Under the pieces are notes generated by a model. That model saw only the letters and a list, made by a program, of their open reading frames with translations. It had not been told where the DNA came from and made no database searches. DNA of 64,000 nucleotides from Clostridia bacterium (GTDB taxonomy: Bacteria > Bacillota > Clostridia > TANB77 > CAG-508): contig JAAWGB010000001.1 in NCBI GenBank assembly GCA_022795075.1, positions 16,383 to 80,382 on the forward strand. Reading direction: 5' to 3'. Both the position numbers and the translations under genes were made by a program. Shown here piece after piece: positions 7,908 to 18,750 of the stretch (its first letter is position 1; every line of letters begins with the position of its first letter).

Positions 7908-10634
7908 TTGGAAAACAAAAAATGGTATAACCAAGAAATAAAAGAAGTGGAAACACAATTGCACACAGATCAAGAAAAAGGATTAGGAGCAGAAGAAGTA
8001 AAAAAAAGACAAGAAAAATATGGATTTAACCAATTAAAAGCTGCTAAAAAGAAAACATTATGGCAAAGATTTGCTGACCAATTTAAAGATTTTTCTATTA
8101 TTGTATTAATTATAGCAGCTGTTGTATCAGGTGCAGTTGGTATTGCAGAAGGAGAAGGAATAACAGATACCATTATTATTTTAATTGTAGTTGTAATAAA
8201 TGCTATAATTGGAGTAACACAAGAATCAAAAGCAGAAAAATCATTAGAGGCATTGCAAAAATTAACTGATCATGCTTCAAAAGTAATTAGAAATGGAGAA
8301 GTTAGTGTGATACCAGCCAAAGAACTTGTACCAGGAGATATAGTAGTATTAGATACAGGAGATTATATTCCAGCAGATTTAAGAATTATTGAGGCAATCA
8401 ATTTAAAATCACAAGAAGCTTCTTTAACAGGAGAATCTGTTCCAGTTGAGAAAAATATGGAAAAAATTGAAGAACAAGAAATTGGAATAGGTGATAGAGT
8501 AAATATGTTGTTTTCTTCTAGTTTGATTACTTATGGTAGAGGAAAAGGAATTGTTGTAGAAACAGGAATGACAACAGAAGTTGGAAAAATTGCAGGAATG
8601 ATAAATCATACAGAAAAACAGGAAACACCACTTCAACAAAAATTGAACAAATTAGGAAAAACTTTAGGTGTAGCTGCTTTATCAATTTGTGTCTTTATTT
8701 TTATCATAGGGTTGTTACAAGGAAAAGAGCCAATTCATATGTTTATGACAGCAGTCAGTCTTGCAGTAGCTGCGATTCCAGAAGGATTAGTAGCAGTATC
8801 TACCATTGTATTAGCCATTGGCGTACAAAAAATGGTCAAGAAAAATGCAATTGTAAAAAGATTGCCAGCAGTTGAAACTTTAGGAAGTGCAACAGTAATT
8901 TGTTCCGATAAAACAGGAACTTTAACACAAAACAAAATGACAGTAGAAAAAATATTTATTAACAATCAAACCAAAGAATTACAGAATGTAAAAGAAATCA
9001 ATGAAGATATTAATAAATTAGTATATGCCAATATGCTATGTAATGACACAAAAATATCAAAAGATGGAAGTTTAACAGGAGATCCAACTGAAACAGCTTT
9101 AGTAGATATGGCTTTTAAACTAGATTTTGACCCAAGTATCTATGATAGGACTCCGCGTTTAAATGAAATTCCATTTGATTCAGACAGAAAATTAATGACA
9201 ACTGTTAATGAACAAAATGGAAAATATATCGTTTATACCAAAGGTGGTGTAGATGAATTATTAAAAAGATGTAACAGCTATTTATTAAATGGAGAAATTA
9301 AGCAAGATATAGAAAATTATGCTAATCTTATCAAAGAACATAATGAAAATATGGCAAAAGAGGCATTAAGAGTTTTAGCCTGTGCCTATAAAGAAATCAA
9401 TCATAAGCCAACCAAAGAAGAAATGGATAACCTAGAAGATAATTTAGTATTTATTGGTATGGTAGGAATGATTGACCCACCAAGAGAAGAAGCAAAAGTG
9501 GCAGTTGAAAAATGCAAAACAGCAGGTATAAAAACAGTTATGATTACAGGAGACCATAAAATTACAGCAACAGCTATTGCCAAAAAATTAGGAATCTTAG
9601 AAAAAGAAGAAGAGGCAATTACAGGCTTAGAACTTGAGAAAATGTCTGACGAAGAATTAGAAAAGAAAGTTAGAAAATATTCTGTTTATGCTAGAGTATC
9701 ACCAGAACATAAGGTTAGAATTGTAAAAGCATGGCAAAAAAACGGAGAAATCGTCGCTATGACAGGAGATGGCGTAAATGATAGCCCAGCTTTGAAAACA
9801 TCTGATATAGGTTGTGCGATGGGAATGGTAGGAACAGATGTTGCCAAAGAAGCAGCAGATGTTATTTTAACAGATGATAATTTTGCAACAATTGTTTCTG
9901 CGGTAGAAGAAGGACGAAGAATCTATGATAATATATTGAAGGTTATTCAATTTTTATTATCTAGTAATGTGGGAGAAATTGTGGTATTATTTTTAGCAAC
10001 ACTTTGTACACCACTGTTTGCTAAATGGTTTGGTATTACAGATAGTTCTCATTTAGAAATTTTATTGCCTATTCATATTTTATGGATAAACTTAGTAACC
10101 GATACGTTACCTGCTTTAGCGTTAGCTTTTGACCCAGCCAGTACAGATATTATGAAAAGAAAGCCAACCAAACCAGGAAAAGGAGTCTTTACAAAAGGAA
10201 TGACTTGGCGTGTAGTTTATCAAGGTGCCATGATAGGTCTATTAACATTAGTAGCTTTTATGATTGGTTTAGCAAGTACCCATACACCAATTGATGGATT
10301 GTCTTTGGATGAATCCAAAATAGAAGTTGGGCAAACTATGGCATTTGTGACATTAGCTTTGTCTGAATTAGTACATGTGTTTAATGTAAGAAATAATAAA
10401 AAATCAATCTTTAAAACCAATATATTTAGTAACCTGAAATTAATTGGGGCAATTATAGTTTCAGCAGCTTTGATGTTTGTTATTCTTGCTATACCAGCAT
10501 TAAGGGAAATTTTTAGTATTCCTGTACTTCCAAAGCAAAATGTGATAGAGTTAATTGGATTGATTTTTGCACCAGTTGTTATAGTAGAGATTGTTAAATT
10601 ATTGAAAATTAATAAAACAAAAGATGAAGAATAA
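7908..10634 (+). CDS. Calcium-translocating P-type ATPase (PMCA/SERCA-type)
   Basis: Motifs DKTGTLT and TGDGVNDSPALK, ten TM segments, TTG start with RBS aaaaggagtgg. Confidence 0.85.
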   Translation: MENKKWYNQEIKEVETQLHTDQEKGLGAEEVKKRQEKYGFNQLKAAKKKTLWQRFADQFKDFSIIVLIIAAVVSGAVGIAEGEGITDTIIILIVVVINAIIGVTQESKAEKSLEALQKLTDHASKVIRNGEVSVIPAKELVPGDIVVLDTGDYIPADLRIIEAINLKSQEASLTGESVPVEKNMEKIEEQEIGIGDRVNMLFSSSLITYGRGKGIVVETGMTTEVGKIAGMINHTEKQETPLQQKLNKLGKTLGVAALSICVFIFIIGLLQGKEPIHMFMTAVSLAVAAIPEGLVAVSTIVLAIGVQKMVKKNAIVKRLPAVETLGSATVICSDKTGTLTQNKMTVEKIFINNQTKELQNVKEINEDINKLVYANMLCNDTKISKDGSLTGDPTETALVDMAFKLDFDPSIYDRTPRLNEIPFDSDRKLMTTVNEQNGKYIVYTKGGVDELLKRCNSYLLNGEIKQDIENYANLIKEHNENMAKEALRVLACAYKEINHKPTKEEMDNLEDNLVFIGMVGMIDPPREEAKVAVEKCKTAGIKTVMITGDHKITATAIAKKLGILEKEEEAITGLELEKMSDEELEKKVRKYSVYARVSPEHKVRIVKAWQKNGEIVAMTGDGVNDSPALKTSDIGCAMGMVGTDVAKEAADVILTDDNFATIVSAVEEGRRIYDNILKVIQFLLSSNVGEIVVLFLATLCTPLFAKWFGITDSSHLEILLPIHILWINLVTDTLPALALAFDPASTDIMKRKPTKPGKGVFTKGMTWRVVYQGAMIGLLTLVAFMIGLASTHTPIDGLSLDESKIEVGQTMAFVTLALSELVHVFNVRNNKKSIFKTNIFSNLKLIGAIIVSAALMFVILAIPALREIFSIPVLPKQNVIELIGLIFAPVVIVEIVKLLKINKTKDEE

Positions 10635-10673
10635 AGTGTACTTCTAGTTAAAGAATGTAAGACTAAATACGAA

Positions 10674-10867
10674 CACTGTCAACTTGAAAGTTTATCTAAA
10701 AAGAAGACAGTGAATTGAAAGTAATTTTTGATAGAAATTCTTCATTCATTTTATGGAAAATGTTCAAACTTGTTTTGAAAGGGTGCCATAAAATGAATTT
10801 AGAATTTCTTCGAAAATTAGCTTGAACGAACTGTCTTCTTTTTTAGATAAACTTTTAAGTTGACAGT
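10674..10867 (-). repeat. Palindromic foldback repeat, copy 2 (inverted relative to copy 1)
   Basis: ~37-bp imperfect inverted arms (tgtcaacttgaaagtttatctaaaaagaagacagt) flank the core shared with the other copies. Confidence 0.85.
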
Positions 10868-10923
10868 TTTGGGTAAAAAGTGATAAAAATTAAGAAACAA
10901 GAAAATAAAAGGAGGAAAAATAA

Positions 10924-12498
10924 GTGAACGACAAATTTTATGTAACTACACCAATTTATTATCCAAGTGGGAGATTCCATATAGGAACAGCCTATACAAC
11001 AGTTTTAGCAGACAGTATTAAACAATACCATAAACTAAAAGGTGAAGAATCTTACATGCTAACAGGAACAGATGAACATGGGCAAAAGATAGAAAAAAAA
11101 GCAAAAGAGGCGAATAAAACACCAAAAGAATATGTAGACGAAATGGCAAAAATGGCAAAAGAATTATGGGCTAAAATGGAAATAGAATATGATGATTTTA
11201 TCCAAACAACGGAAGAAAGACATGAAAAAATTGTACAAAAGATATTTGACCGATTTATGGAACAAGGAGATATTTATAAAGGAGAATATGAAGGCTGGTA
11301 TTGCATCCCTTGTGAGACTTTTTTTACCGAAACACAGCTAGTAGATGGAAAATGTCCTGATTGTGGTAGAGAAGTAGGATTAATGAAAGAAGAATCTTAT
11401 TTCTTTAATATGAAAAAATATGCTAATAGATTGTTAAAATATTATGAAGAACATGCCGATTTTATTAAACCAGAATATCGAAAAAATGAAATGATAAATA
11501 ACTTTATAAAACCAGGATTGGAAGATTTATGTGTAACAAGAACTTCATTTGATTGGGGAATTAAAGTATTAAAAGACCCAAAACATGTTATATATGTATG
11601 GTTAGATGCTTTGACAAACTATATTACTGCATTGGGATATTTATCAGAAGATGACCAAAAATTCAAAAAATATTGGCCAGCAGATTTACAAATTGTAGGA
11701 AAAGATATTGCAAGATTTCATTTAATTTATTGGCCTATTTTTCTAATGGCATTAGATTTACCATTACCAAAAACGATTTTGGTACATAACTGGATTATGA
11801 TGAAAGATGGCAAGATGTCTAAATCAAAAGGAAATGTAATTTATCCAGAAATCTTAATAGAACGATATGGTTTAGATAGTGTTAGATACTTTTTATTAAG
11901 AGAAATGCCAGTTTCACAAGATGGGATATTTTCACCAGAAGCTTTTGTAGAAAGATATAATTTTGATTTATGTAATGACTTAAGTAATCTTTTAAATCGA
12001 ACAGTATCTATGGTAAATAAGTATTTTGAGGGAAATATTCCTCTTTATAATGGAACACCAAATGAGGTTGATAAAGATTTAGAAGAATATGCTTTATCAC
12101 AAATAGAGAAATTTGATGAAAAATGGAACAATTATGAAATAGCCACTAGTATTCAAGAAATATGGAATCTAGTTGCTAGAACTAACAAATATATTGATGA
12201 AACCATGCCATGGGCTTTAGCCAAAGAAGAACAAACAGAAAAGTTAAAGGCTTGTATGTATCATTTGGTTGAGAATTTAAGAAAAATAGCAATTTTAATC
12301 AAACCATTTATGAAAGATACAGCAGATAATATTTTTAGACAATTAGGAATTCAAGAAGAGAAAATGAAGAATTGGGAAAATTTAAAAATATATGACAAAA
12401 TAGAAAATAGTAAGGTAATTGAAAAAGGAGAGCCTATTTTTATGAGATTAAAGGCAGAAGAAGAAGTAGAATTTTTAAAAAATATTATGAAAAAATAA
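10924..12498 (+). CDS. metG: Methionine--tRNA ligase
   Basis: GTG start. Motifs HIGTAYT and KMSKS, with a CxxC zinc knuckle. Confidence 0.9.
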   Translation: MNDKFYVTTPIYYPSGRFHIGTAYTTVLADSIKQYHKLKGEESYMLTGTDEHGQKIEKKAKEANKTPKEYVDEMAKMAKELWAKMEIEYDDFIQTTEERHEKIVQKIFDRFMEQGDIYKGEYEGWYCIPCETFFTETQLVDGKCPDCGREVGLMKEESYFFNMKKYANRLLKYYEEHADFIKPEYRKNEMINNFIKPGLEDLCVTRTSFDWGIKVLKDPKHVIYVWLDALTNYITALGYLSEDDQKFKKYWPADLQIVGKDIARFHLIYWPIFLMALDLPLPKTILVHNWIMMKDGKMSKSKGNVIYPEILIERYGLDSVRYFLLREMPVSQDGIFSPEAFVERYNFDLCNDLSNLLNRTVSMVNKYFEGNIPLYNGTPNEVDKDLEEYALSQIEKFDEKWNNYEIATSIQEIWNLVARTNKYIDETMPWALAKEEQTEKLKACMYHLVENLRKIAILIKPFMKDTADNIFRQLGIQEEKMKNWENLKIYDKIENSKVIEKGEPIFMRLKAEEEVEFLKNIMKK

Positions 12499-12613
12499 GT
12501 ATAATTTTTGCCTGTATTGACAGGAAAAGGAAGATATGTTAAAATTATGTAAAGTTGAATATTCAACTGAGTAGGAAAAGGAAGGGTAGCATTAAGGAAA
12601 GGAGACTGCGTAA

Positions 12614-12887
12614 TATGAAAATGGACATGATACTCTATGAAAATGAAAAAATAAATCTACTCGTAGAAGAGAACGAAATACTCCCTGTGGCAGTGTTTTT
12701 AAAAATGATTTTGAAGGCATTTTATGCAGGCTTAGAGGCATCAAAAAGTGCTGGAGAATTAAGTGCTCAATATGAGCTTGGCACTTTTATAGCAAAGCAA
12801 TTTATGAAAGAAAAAGAGGGATTTAATGACTATATAGGCTTAGTTGAAGCTCTCAAAAAAGAGATTGAAAAAATTATAATAGCATAA
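12614..12887 (+). CDS. Hypothetical small protein
   Basis: ORF with RBS aaaggagact 7 nt upstream of the ATG at 12614. No recognisable family. Confidence 0.4.
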
Positions 12888-12930
12888 TAAATTCACAATG
12901 CTATCCTTCCTAGAAATTCGACCTTTTATG

Positions 12931-12958
12931 ATGAGAGGTCTTTTTTCGTATATATAAT
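12931..12958 (+). terminator. Putative rho-independent terminator
   Basis: Short stem gacct/aggtc followed by tttttt. Confidence 0.4.
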
Positions 12959-13109
12959 TATTTTAAGAATATAAGTACATTACTTTTCATTTATAATTTT
13001 AGCTTATTGATACAATATGACAATATTTATAAATTTTTTACAAATAAGACTACAAAAAATAAAAAAAATAGTATATAATAGAGAAAAATAAATAAAAAGG
13101 ATGTAAAAA

Positions 13110-14012
13110 ATGCTAAGAGATGATATATATAAAATATCAATAAACGAAAAACACTTAAACACAAAAAAAATAGCCATATTAGTATTAATAATAATCGTAG
13201 CAATTGGGCTTGTCATGATAGCAAACAACTCAATAGAAATCATCAAACAGCATAAAGTATATGAGCAATACGAAACACAATTAAAAGTATTAGCCAAACA
13301 AGAAGAAGACAAGCAAATAGAAAAAGAAAAAAAGAAACAAGAAAAAATACCACAACTAACACAAGAAGGAAAAAACAATATAGAAAATATATATCGTTCA
13401 GAAACCAAAAGAGCCTTTTTGACATTTGATGATGGCCCATCTACTGTAACACCAACCATATTGGACACATTAAAAAAAGAAAAAGTAAAAGCTACTTTTT
13501 TTGTTTTAGGGTCTAGAGTAAAAGCCATGCCAGAAACCGTAAAAAGAATCTATGAAGAAGGGCATTATATAGCTAACCATGGATACTCACATTCTTATTC
13601 TGACATTTATATTTCACCACAAGCTGTATTAGATGAATTCAATCAATGCAATGATGCTGTAAAAGATGCAATTGGAGTACCAAACTACCATTCCCATTTA
13701 TTTAGATTTCCAGGAGGATTACTTGGGGGAAAATATGCACAAATAAAAAGCGAAGCAAAAGAGCTATTATTACAAAATGATATTGTACATGTAGATTGGA
13801 ATGCACTAACAGGAGATGCCGAAACGGCCAACCCAACCATTGAATTTGAGATGGAAAGATTACAACAAACAGTAGAAAACAAAAATAGTGTGGTAATATT
13901 GATGCATGATGCCCAAGCAAAAGCAGTAACAGCAGAGGCATTACCACAAATTATTTGTTGGCTACGAGAAAATGGATATGAATTTAAGAATTTTTATGAA
14001 ATTATAAAATAG
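13110..14012 (+). CDS. Polysaccharide deacetylase family protein (NodB homology domain) with an N-terminal TM anchor
   Basis: Motifs TFDDGP, HGYSHS and LMHD are typical of CE4 deacetylases. Confidence 0.8.
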   Translation: MLRDDIYKISINEKHLNTKKIAILVLIIIVAIGLVMIANNSIEIIKQHKVYEQYETQLKVLAKQEEDKQIEKEKKKQEKIPQLTQEGKNNIENIYRSETKRAFLTFDDGPSTVTPTILDTLKKEKVKATFFVLGSRVKAMPETVKRIYEEGHYIANHGYSHSYSDIYISPQAVLDEFNQCNDAVKDAIGVPNYHSHLFRFPGGLLGGKYAQIKSEAKELLLQNDIVHVDWNALTGDAETANPTIEFEMERLQQTVENKNSVVILMHDAQAKAVTAEALPQIICWLRENGYEFKNFYEIIK

Positions 14013-14026
14013 AAGGAGAGAGAACT

Positions 14027-16348
14027 TTGCCTAAGAAGATAGAAAAAAATGTAAGCATCGAAGAAAAATTAGAATATCTTGGCTTAAATTTAGGAAAAAT
14101 ACCAGCAAGTATAAAAAAAATAGAGCCATTAGAATATAGAATTCCTAAATTTTATGATGAAAAACAATATAAACAGTATCGCTATATTCCAATTAAAGAC
14201 ATACAAATTCTATTATCACCAACCAATCGTCTAGATGAAATAGAAGAAAAATATAAAAAAGCCAGTCCATTAGCAGACTATTTAGACAGTAAAAGTGAAA
14301 GAAATATATTAAAATATACTACATTTTTAAATATGTTAAAAAAGGTAAAAATTAGTGAAATTGAAAAAGTAGAAGAAGAACAAACAAACTTAAGTAGGAA
14401 AATACCATTTAAAGTGAAATTTGAAGGAAATTATTTATGGCAAATTTACTACTCAGAAAATACGAATAAATATTTTATGTTAGTACCAACTGAAGATACT
14501 AACTATGCTACCTTTTTTTATCTACTAAAAAAACAATTAGAAAAAAGAAGAGTAGGAAAAATTTTTGTACCAATTAGAAATATTGGATATAGCCAAGAAT
14601 ACCTAAAAAAATCACAATTTGAAGATATCGAAAACTTTTTATGGTTATTTACGAAAGACTGGCCACTGGTTTATGAAGTATATGATAAAAATGACGAACT
14701 AAGTATACAAATTATTGGAGAAACAGAAGTATATGAAAAAATAAAAAGTCCTTATCGAATAAGATTAAACAGTAAAGAGGAGGCGACACAATTTTACAAA
14801 CTCATAAAAGCCATGTTCATTTTGCAAACAGAATTGCCACATTACTTTAAATTTAAAACGAATATTGGTAAAACAGGAGAAATCGAGTTTTATATGGAAG
14901 ACAGGCAAATAGAATATGAAACGATTGGACAATGGATAAATGAAGAATGTAAAATTGGAAAAATAAAAATTCAAGAAGTAAGAGAAATAATAAGAAATAG
15001 TAAAAGAAAATTAGAGAACCTAAAAGAAGATATAGCTTTGCAAGAAATAGAATATTTAACAAAAGAAAAACAAATTTCTACCTTTTTGGAATGTAAAAAA
15101 TCCTTTTTTGGAAAATTCAAATATTATTTTAAATATAGTAAAAAGAAAAATAAAGGAGAAATTCTACAAAAAGTAGAAGTAGAAGAAGTAGAAAAGGTAG
15201 AAGAAGGAGCAAAAAATGAAATTCCTCAAAATGTAGAAGGAAAAAAGAGAAGAAAAAAAGAAATGGCAGAAAAAGAGAATTACACAATTGAAGAATTAAT
15301 TGATATTTACAAAGAATTTGAAAAATTAGAATATATACTAAAAAATATCATGCTAGATATGAATAGCCTAAAATTAAAAAGAAAAAACATGGCGAAGAAA
15401 ATTGAAAATGCAACCTTGTTTATAGAAGAAATAGATAGTCATAAAAAAAGTATCTTTGAATTTTGGAAATACAGTAATAAAGATGCCATGGCAACCTTAC
15501 CAGAAGGAGAACAAGAAGAAATTAACCTTAGAAAAAAAATTACCAAAGTTTTTGATTATGAAGAAGACCTTGAAAAATTTGGAAAAACCATGGATAAGAT
15601 ACAAAGAAGAGTACTAACCAAACAAGAAACAGATAGTATTTATATTACTTCTACCAATTTAATAGATATCTTAAACCGCGTAAAAAATAATGAAGTAGGT
15701 CCAAAGGATATAACAGCTAGTTTAAGAGAACTAAAAAAACAGGCAATAGAAGAAAAGTCCTTAACAGCAACAGATGAGTTTGATATTTTTGGAGGAATGG
15801 TACAAGATATGTCTAAAGTATCTAAAATTAAAAATAAAAGACACCGAGAAATTGCAAAAGATAAATTTTCAATTTTAGATATTACAAAAGAAACAAAATC
15901 AATTGGCTATAAATTAGCCTTAGAAAATGTAATAGAAAATGTAAAAGAGGCATTAAAAAAAGTAGTTACATCAGAAGACGTGCCAGTTTATAAAGCCATC
16001 CAAGATGAACTTTTGGATGAAAAACAAATTAATGTTTTTGATATGAATCCAGAAGAAGAAATGAAAGAGGCAATAAGAGAAGGAAAATCAAAAATTAATT
16101 TTTATAAGATTAATTTAAAAAGAGGCTCAAACGCCATTAGTTTTACCAATCATATTTTTTATGATAATTTGAATAAAACCTTACCACTTGGTCAAGATTT
16201 ATCTACCAAAGTTTTAGTAGATGTAGCAAAATTAAATATGGAATTGAAAGAAAAAACATCTTTTAAAATGGTAGATTTAGAAAAGGACAATGATTTTTCA
16301 ACCATTATTATAAAAACAATTCGTGTATTTGAATATACTAGCGTATAA
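14027..16348 (+). CDS. Large (773-aa) lysine/glutamate-rich protein of unknown function with predicted coiled coils
   Basis: Long ORF with a TTG start, tightly coupled to the deacetylase gene. No recognisable domain. Confidence 0.5.
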   Translation: MPKKIEKNVSIEEKLEYLGLNLGKIPASIKKIEPLEYRIPKFYDEKQYKQYRYIPIKDIQILLSPTNRLDEIEEKYKKASPLADYLDSKSERNILKYTTFLNMLKKVKISEIEKVEEEQTNLSRKIPFKVKFEGNYLWQIYYSENTNKYFMLVPTEDTNYATFFYLLKKQLEKRRVGKIFVPIRNIGYSQEYLKKSQFEDIENFLWLFTKDWPLVYEVYDKNDELSIQIIGETEVYEKIKSPYRIRLNSKEEATQFYKLIKAMFILQTELPHYFKFKTNIGKTGEIEFYMEDRQIEYETIGQWINEECKIGKIKIQEVREIIRNSKRKLENLKEDIALQEIEYLTKEKQISTFLECKKSFFGKFKYYFKYSKKKNKGEILQKVEVEEVEKVEEGAKNEIPQNVEGKKRRKKEMAEKENYTIEELIDIYKEFEKLEYILKNIMLDMNSLKLKRKNMAKKIENATLFIEEIDSHKKSIFEFWKYSNKDAMATLPEGEQEEINLRKKITKVFDYEEDLEKFGKTMDKIQRRVLTKQETDSIYITSTNLIDILNRVKNNEVGPKDITASLRELKKQAIEEKSLTATDEFDIFGGMVQDMSKVSKIKNKRHREIAKDKFSILDITKETKSIGYKLALENVIENVKEALKKVVTSEDVPVYKAIQDELLDEKQINVFDMNPEEEMKEAIREGKSKINFYKINLKRGSNAISFTNHIFYDNLNKTLPLGQDLSTKVLVDVAKLNMELKEKTSFKMVDLEKDNDFSTIIIKTIRVFEYTSV

Positions 16349-16383
16349 AACTTTAAATTTGATAAATAGTAATTAAAAAAATT

Positions 16384-16487
16384 ACAATGTTACCTATCTA
16401 AAAAATAGAAAAAAGAAAAACTGCGAATTGAAAGTAATTGAACGAGCAGTTTTTCTTTTTTCTATTTTTTAGATAAGTAACATTGTG
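16384..16487 (+). repeat. Short member of the foldback repeat family. It carries only the conserved end segment and has 41-bp perfect inverted arms.
   Basis: Arm acaatgttacctatctaaaaaatagaaaaaagaaaaactgc, centre gaattgaaagtaattgaacga, then the reverse complement of the arm. The centre and the tatctaaaaa tract match copy 2. Confidence 0.6.
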
Positions 16488-16553
16488 AAGAAAAAGAACG
16501 AAAAAACACCCTTTGCATATAATAAATTAAATAATTGATAAAGGGGGGTTATT

Positions 16554-17812
16554 GTGAAAAGAAGAAAACGAATTTTTTTGGTTATCTTTATGATTTTGAC
16601 CTTTTTATTTTTTGCAGATATCAATCTAACATATGCCTTAACGCCTAGTTCCAATCCACAATATGAAGGAATTGATGTTAGTAATTGGCAAGAATACATA
16701 GATTACAGGCAAGTGGCACAAAGTGGAATTAAAGTAGTATATATTAAATCAAGTCAAGGAAGTAACATTAAAGATGCTTATTTTGATATCAACTATGAAA
16801 ATGCTAAAGCAAATGGACTAAAAGTAGGGTTTTACCATTTTTTAACGGCAACCAATACACGGAGAAGCGGAGCAAGAAGCACAATTTTTTGCTTCTGTTA
16901 TAGCTGGCAAACAACCTGATTGTAAACTGGTAATGGATTATGAAGTTTTCGGTGGAGTTAGCAAAGAAGAATCCAATCGAATTGCTGAAGTCTTTTTAGA
17001 AACAGTAAAAAGACTAACCAACAAAGAGGTAATTGTATATAGTGATTTATCTAATGCACGTGACCGATTTGGAAGAGAAATAGCAGATAATTATGAATTA
17101 TGGATTGCCTATTATGGCGATTATAATAATTTAAGAAATGTAGAAACTAGTTGGGAAAGATGGATTGGTGTGCAATATACGGATAGAGGATATGTACCAC
17201 GGAATTAGAGGGAATGTAGATAGAGATTTATATACAGAAAATATATTTTTATCTGACACAAGTGAGATTCCGAATACAGATAATCCAAATGACAATATCA
17301 ATACTCAAACCATTTTTTATACCATACAAAGAGGAGATACATTATCAGGAATTGCTAGTCGATATGGAACAACTGTACAGGAATTAGTGGATATTAATAA
17401 TATTACAAATCCGAATTTGATTTATCCAGGAGAAACGATAAGAATTTCGACAAATTCAACAGTGCATGGGTCAGAAACAAGAGGAACAGGAAGTATTGTA
17501 TATACTGTACAAAGAGGAAATACCTTATCTCAAATAGCCAATACATATGGTGTCACAGTTGCTCATATTGTAGAATTAAATCATATACAAAACCCAAATT
17601 TGATTTATCCAGGTCAAAAATTAAGAATTACAGAGAGTTCAAATACTAATTTAAATTCAGTGATACAAAACAATTATTATACAGTGCAAAGAGGGGATAA
17701 TTTATCTAATATAGCCCAAAGATATGGGGTTTCAGTTCAATATTTAGTTAATTTGAATGGTATTCGTAATCCTAATTTGATTTATGTTGGACAAATGATT
17801 AAAGTTTCGTAG
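16554..17812 (+). pseudogene. GH25 muramidase (lysozyme) with a signal peptide and three C-terminal LysM repeats, interrupted by two +1 frameshifts
   Basis: GIDVSNWQ...GFYHF is a GH25 motif. The frame shifts at ~16860 and ~17200, both reading cacgga where cagga restores the frame. There are three LysM repeats (YTVQRGDTLS...). Confidence 0.75.
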
Positions 17813-17939
17813 GCAATTTTGGTTTTAAAGTTTTGTTTTTTGAAGTTTCAAAAAATGAAACTTTATTTGTTTTGGGATTGAAAAATATGAAAATATATAA
17901 TATAATAGTGACATAATTTTTAGGAAGGATGTTGAGAAT

Positions 17940-18566
17940 ATGGCTTATTCAGAAGAAATAAAAGAGGAAGTAAAGAAAAGGCTAGCTAAAGGAGAAAAAC
18001 CAAAACAAATTAGTGAACAAACAGGAGTTAGTGTACCAACTATTTATAATTGGAAAAGACAATTTGAGCAATTCAATCAAGAATCAATAGAGAAATGTGA
18101 AGAAGAGAAAATAAGTAAGATGCAAGAGAAAGTAATAACAGAAGATAAACAAGTTCAACAATATTGTATAACTGCTACAGAAAAAGAACAAGAGGAAAAC
18201 AAGCAAAGTATTGGAAAACAAGAAAATAATACTAATTCCCAGTTTCAAAATGAGAAAAAGAATTTTAAAGAAAGAATACGAGTAGAACAAAATACAAGTA
18301 ATATAGAAAATAGTCGAGATAACATGAAAAAAATTTCAAATCGCTATTTGGGAATAATGGATTTTTTATTAGAAAAGAGAAATGACATTTATGCAAAAAT
18401 GCAATCAGAGAATTATAACATCCAAAAAGAAGGAATTTCGCAATGGGATTTGATGGAAGGTTTAATAGAAAAGGTTAACAAAAACAAAGATGATAAACAA
18501 TGTATCAATCAATTATATGAAAAAATTTTACAATTGAAAGAAAAGGAAAATGGAATGAATCGATAA
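17940..18566 (+). CDS. HTH-domain protein. The N-terminus resembles the IS3-type transposase OrfA HTH; the remainder is Gln/Asn/Glu-rich.
   Basis: YSEEIKEEVKKRLAKGEKPKQISEQTGVSVPTIYNWKRQ resembles the HTH_Tnp_1 domain. There is no transposase catalytic domain. Confidence 0.45.
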   Translation: MAYSEEIKEEVKKRLAKGEKPKQISEQTGVSVPTIYNWKRQFEQFNQESIEKCEEEKISKMQEKVITEDKQVQQYCITATEKEQEENKQSIGKQENNTNSQFQNEKKNFKERIRVEQNTSNIENSRDNMKKISNRYLGIMDFLLEKRNDIYAKMQSENYNIQKEGISQWDLMEGLIEKVNKNKDDKQCINQLYEKILQLKEKENGMNR

Positions 18567-18644
18567 AATTAAAAAAAAATCTAGACAAGGTAAAAAATAT
18601 GTGCTAATATATAGAAGTACATATTTTTTGTGCTTTTAATATTT

Positions 18645-18731
18645 GCCGGTGTGCTGGAATTGGTAGACGGGGCAGACTCAAAATCTGTTGTCAGCAATGG
18701 CGTGTGGGTTCGAGTCCCACCACCGGCACCA
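18645..18731 (+). tRNA. tRNA-Leu (anticodon CAA)
   Basis: 87 nt with a long variable arm. Anticodon loop is CTCAAAA, and the 3' end is ACCA. Confidence 0.85.
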
Positions 18732-18750
18732 ATTGTAAATTATTGCAGAT

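Noticed and set aside
10635-10923. T-box leader upstream of metG, and likewise upstream of hisS and of the last gene
   Set aside because: I found no T-box conserved sequence (AATTAGGGTGGNACCGCG-like). The metG upstream region is occupied by repeat copy 2 instead.
13004-13528. 174-aa minus-strand ORF
   Set aside because: It overlaps the promoter and 5' end of the polysaccharide deacetylase gene and a poly-A/T region. The sequence is low-complexity, with no RBS.
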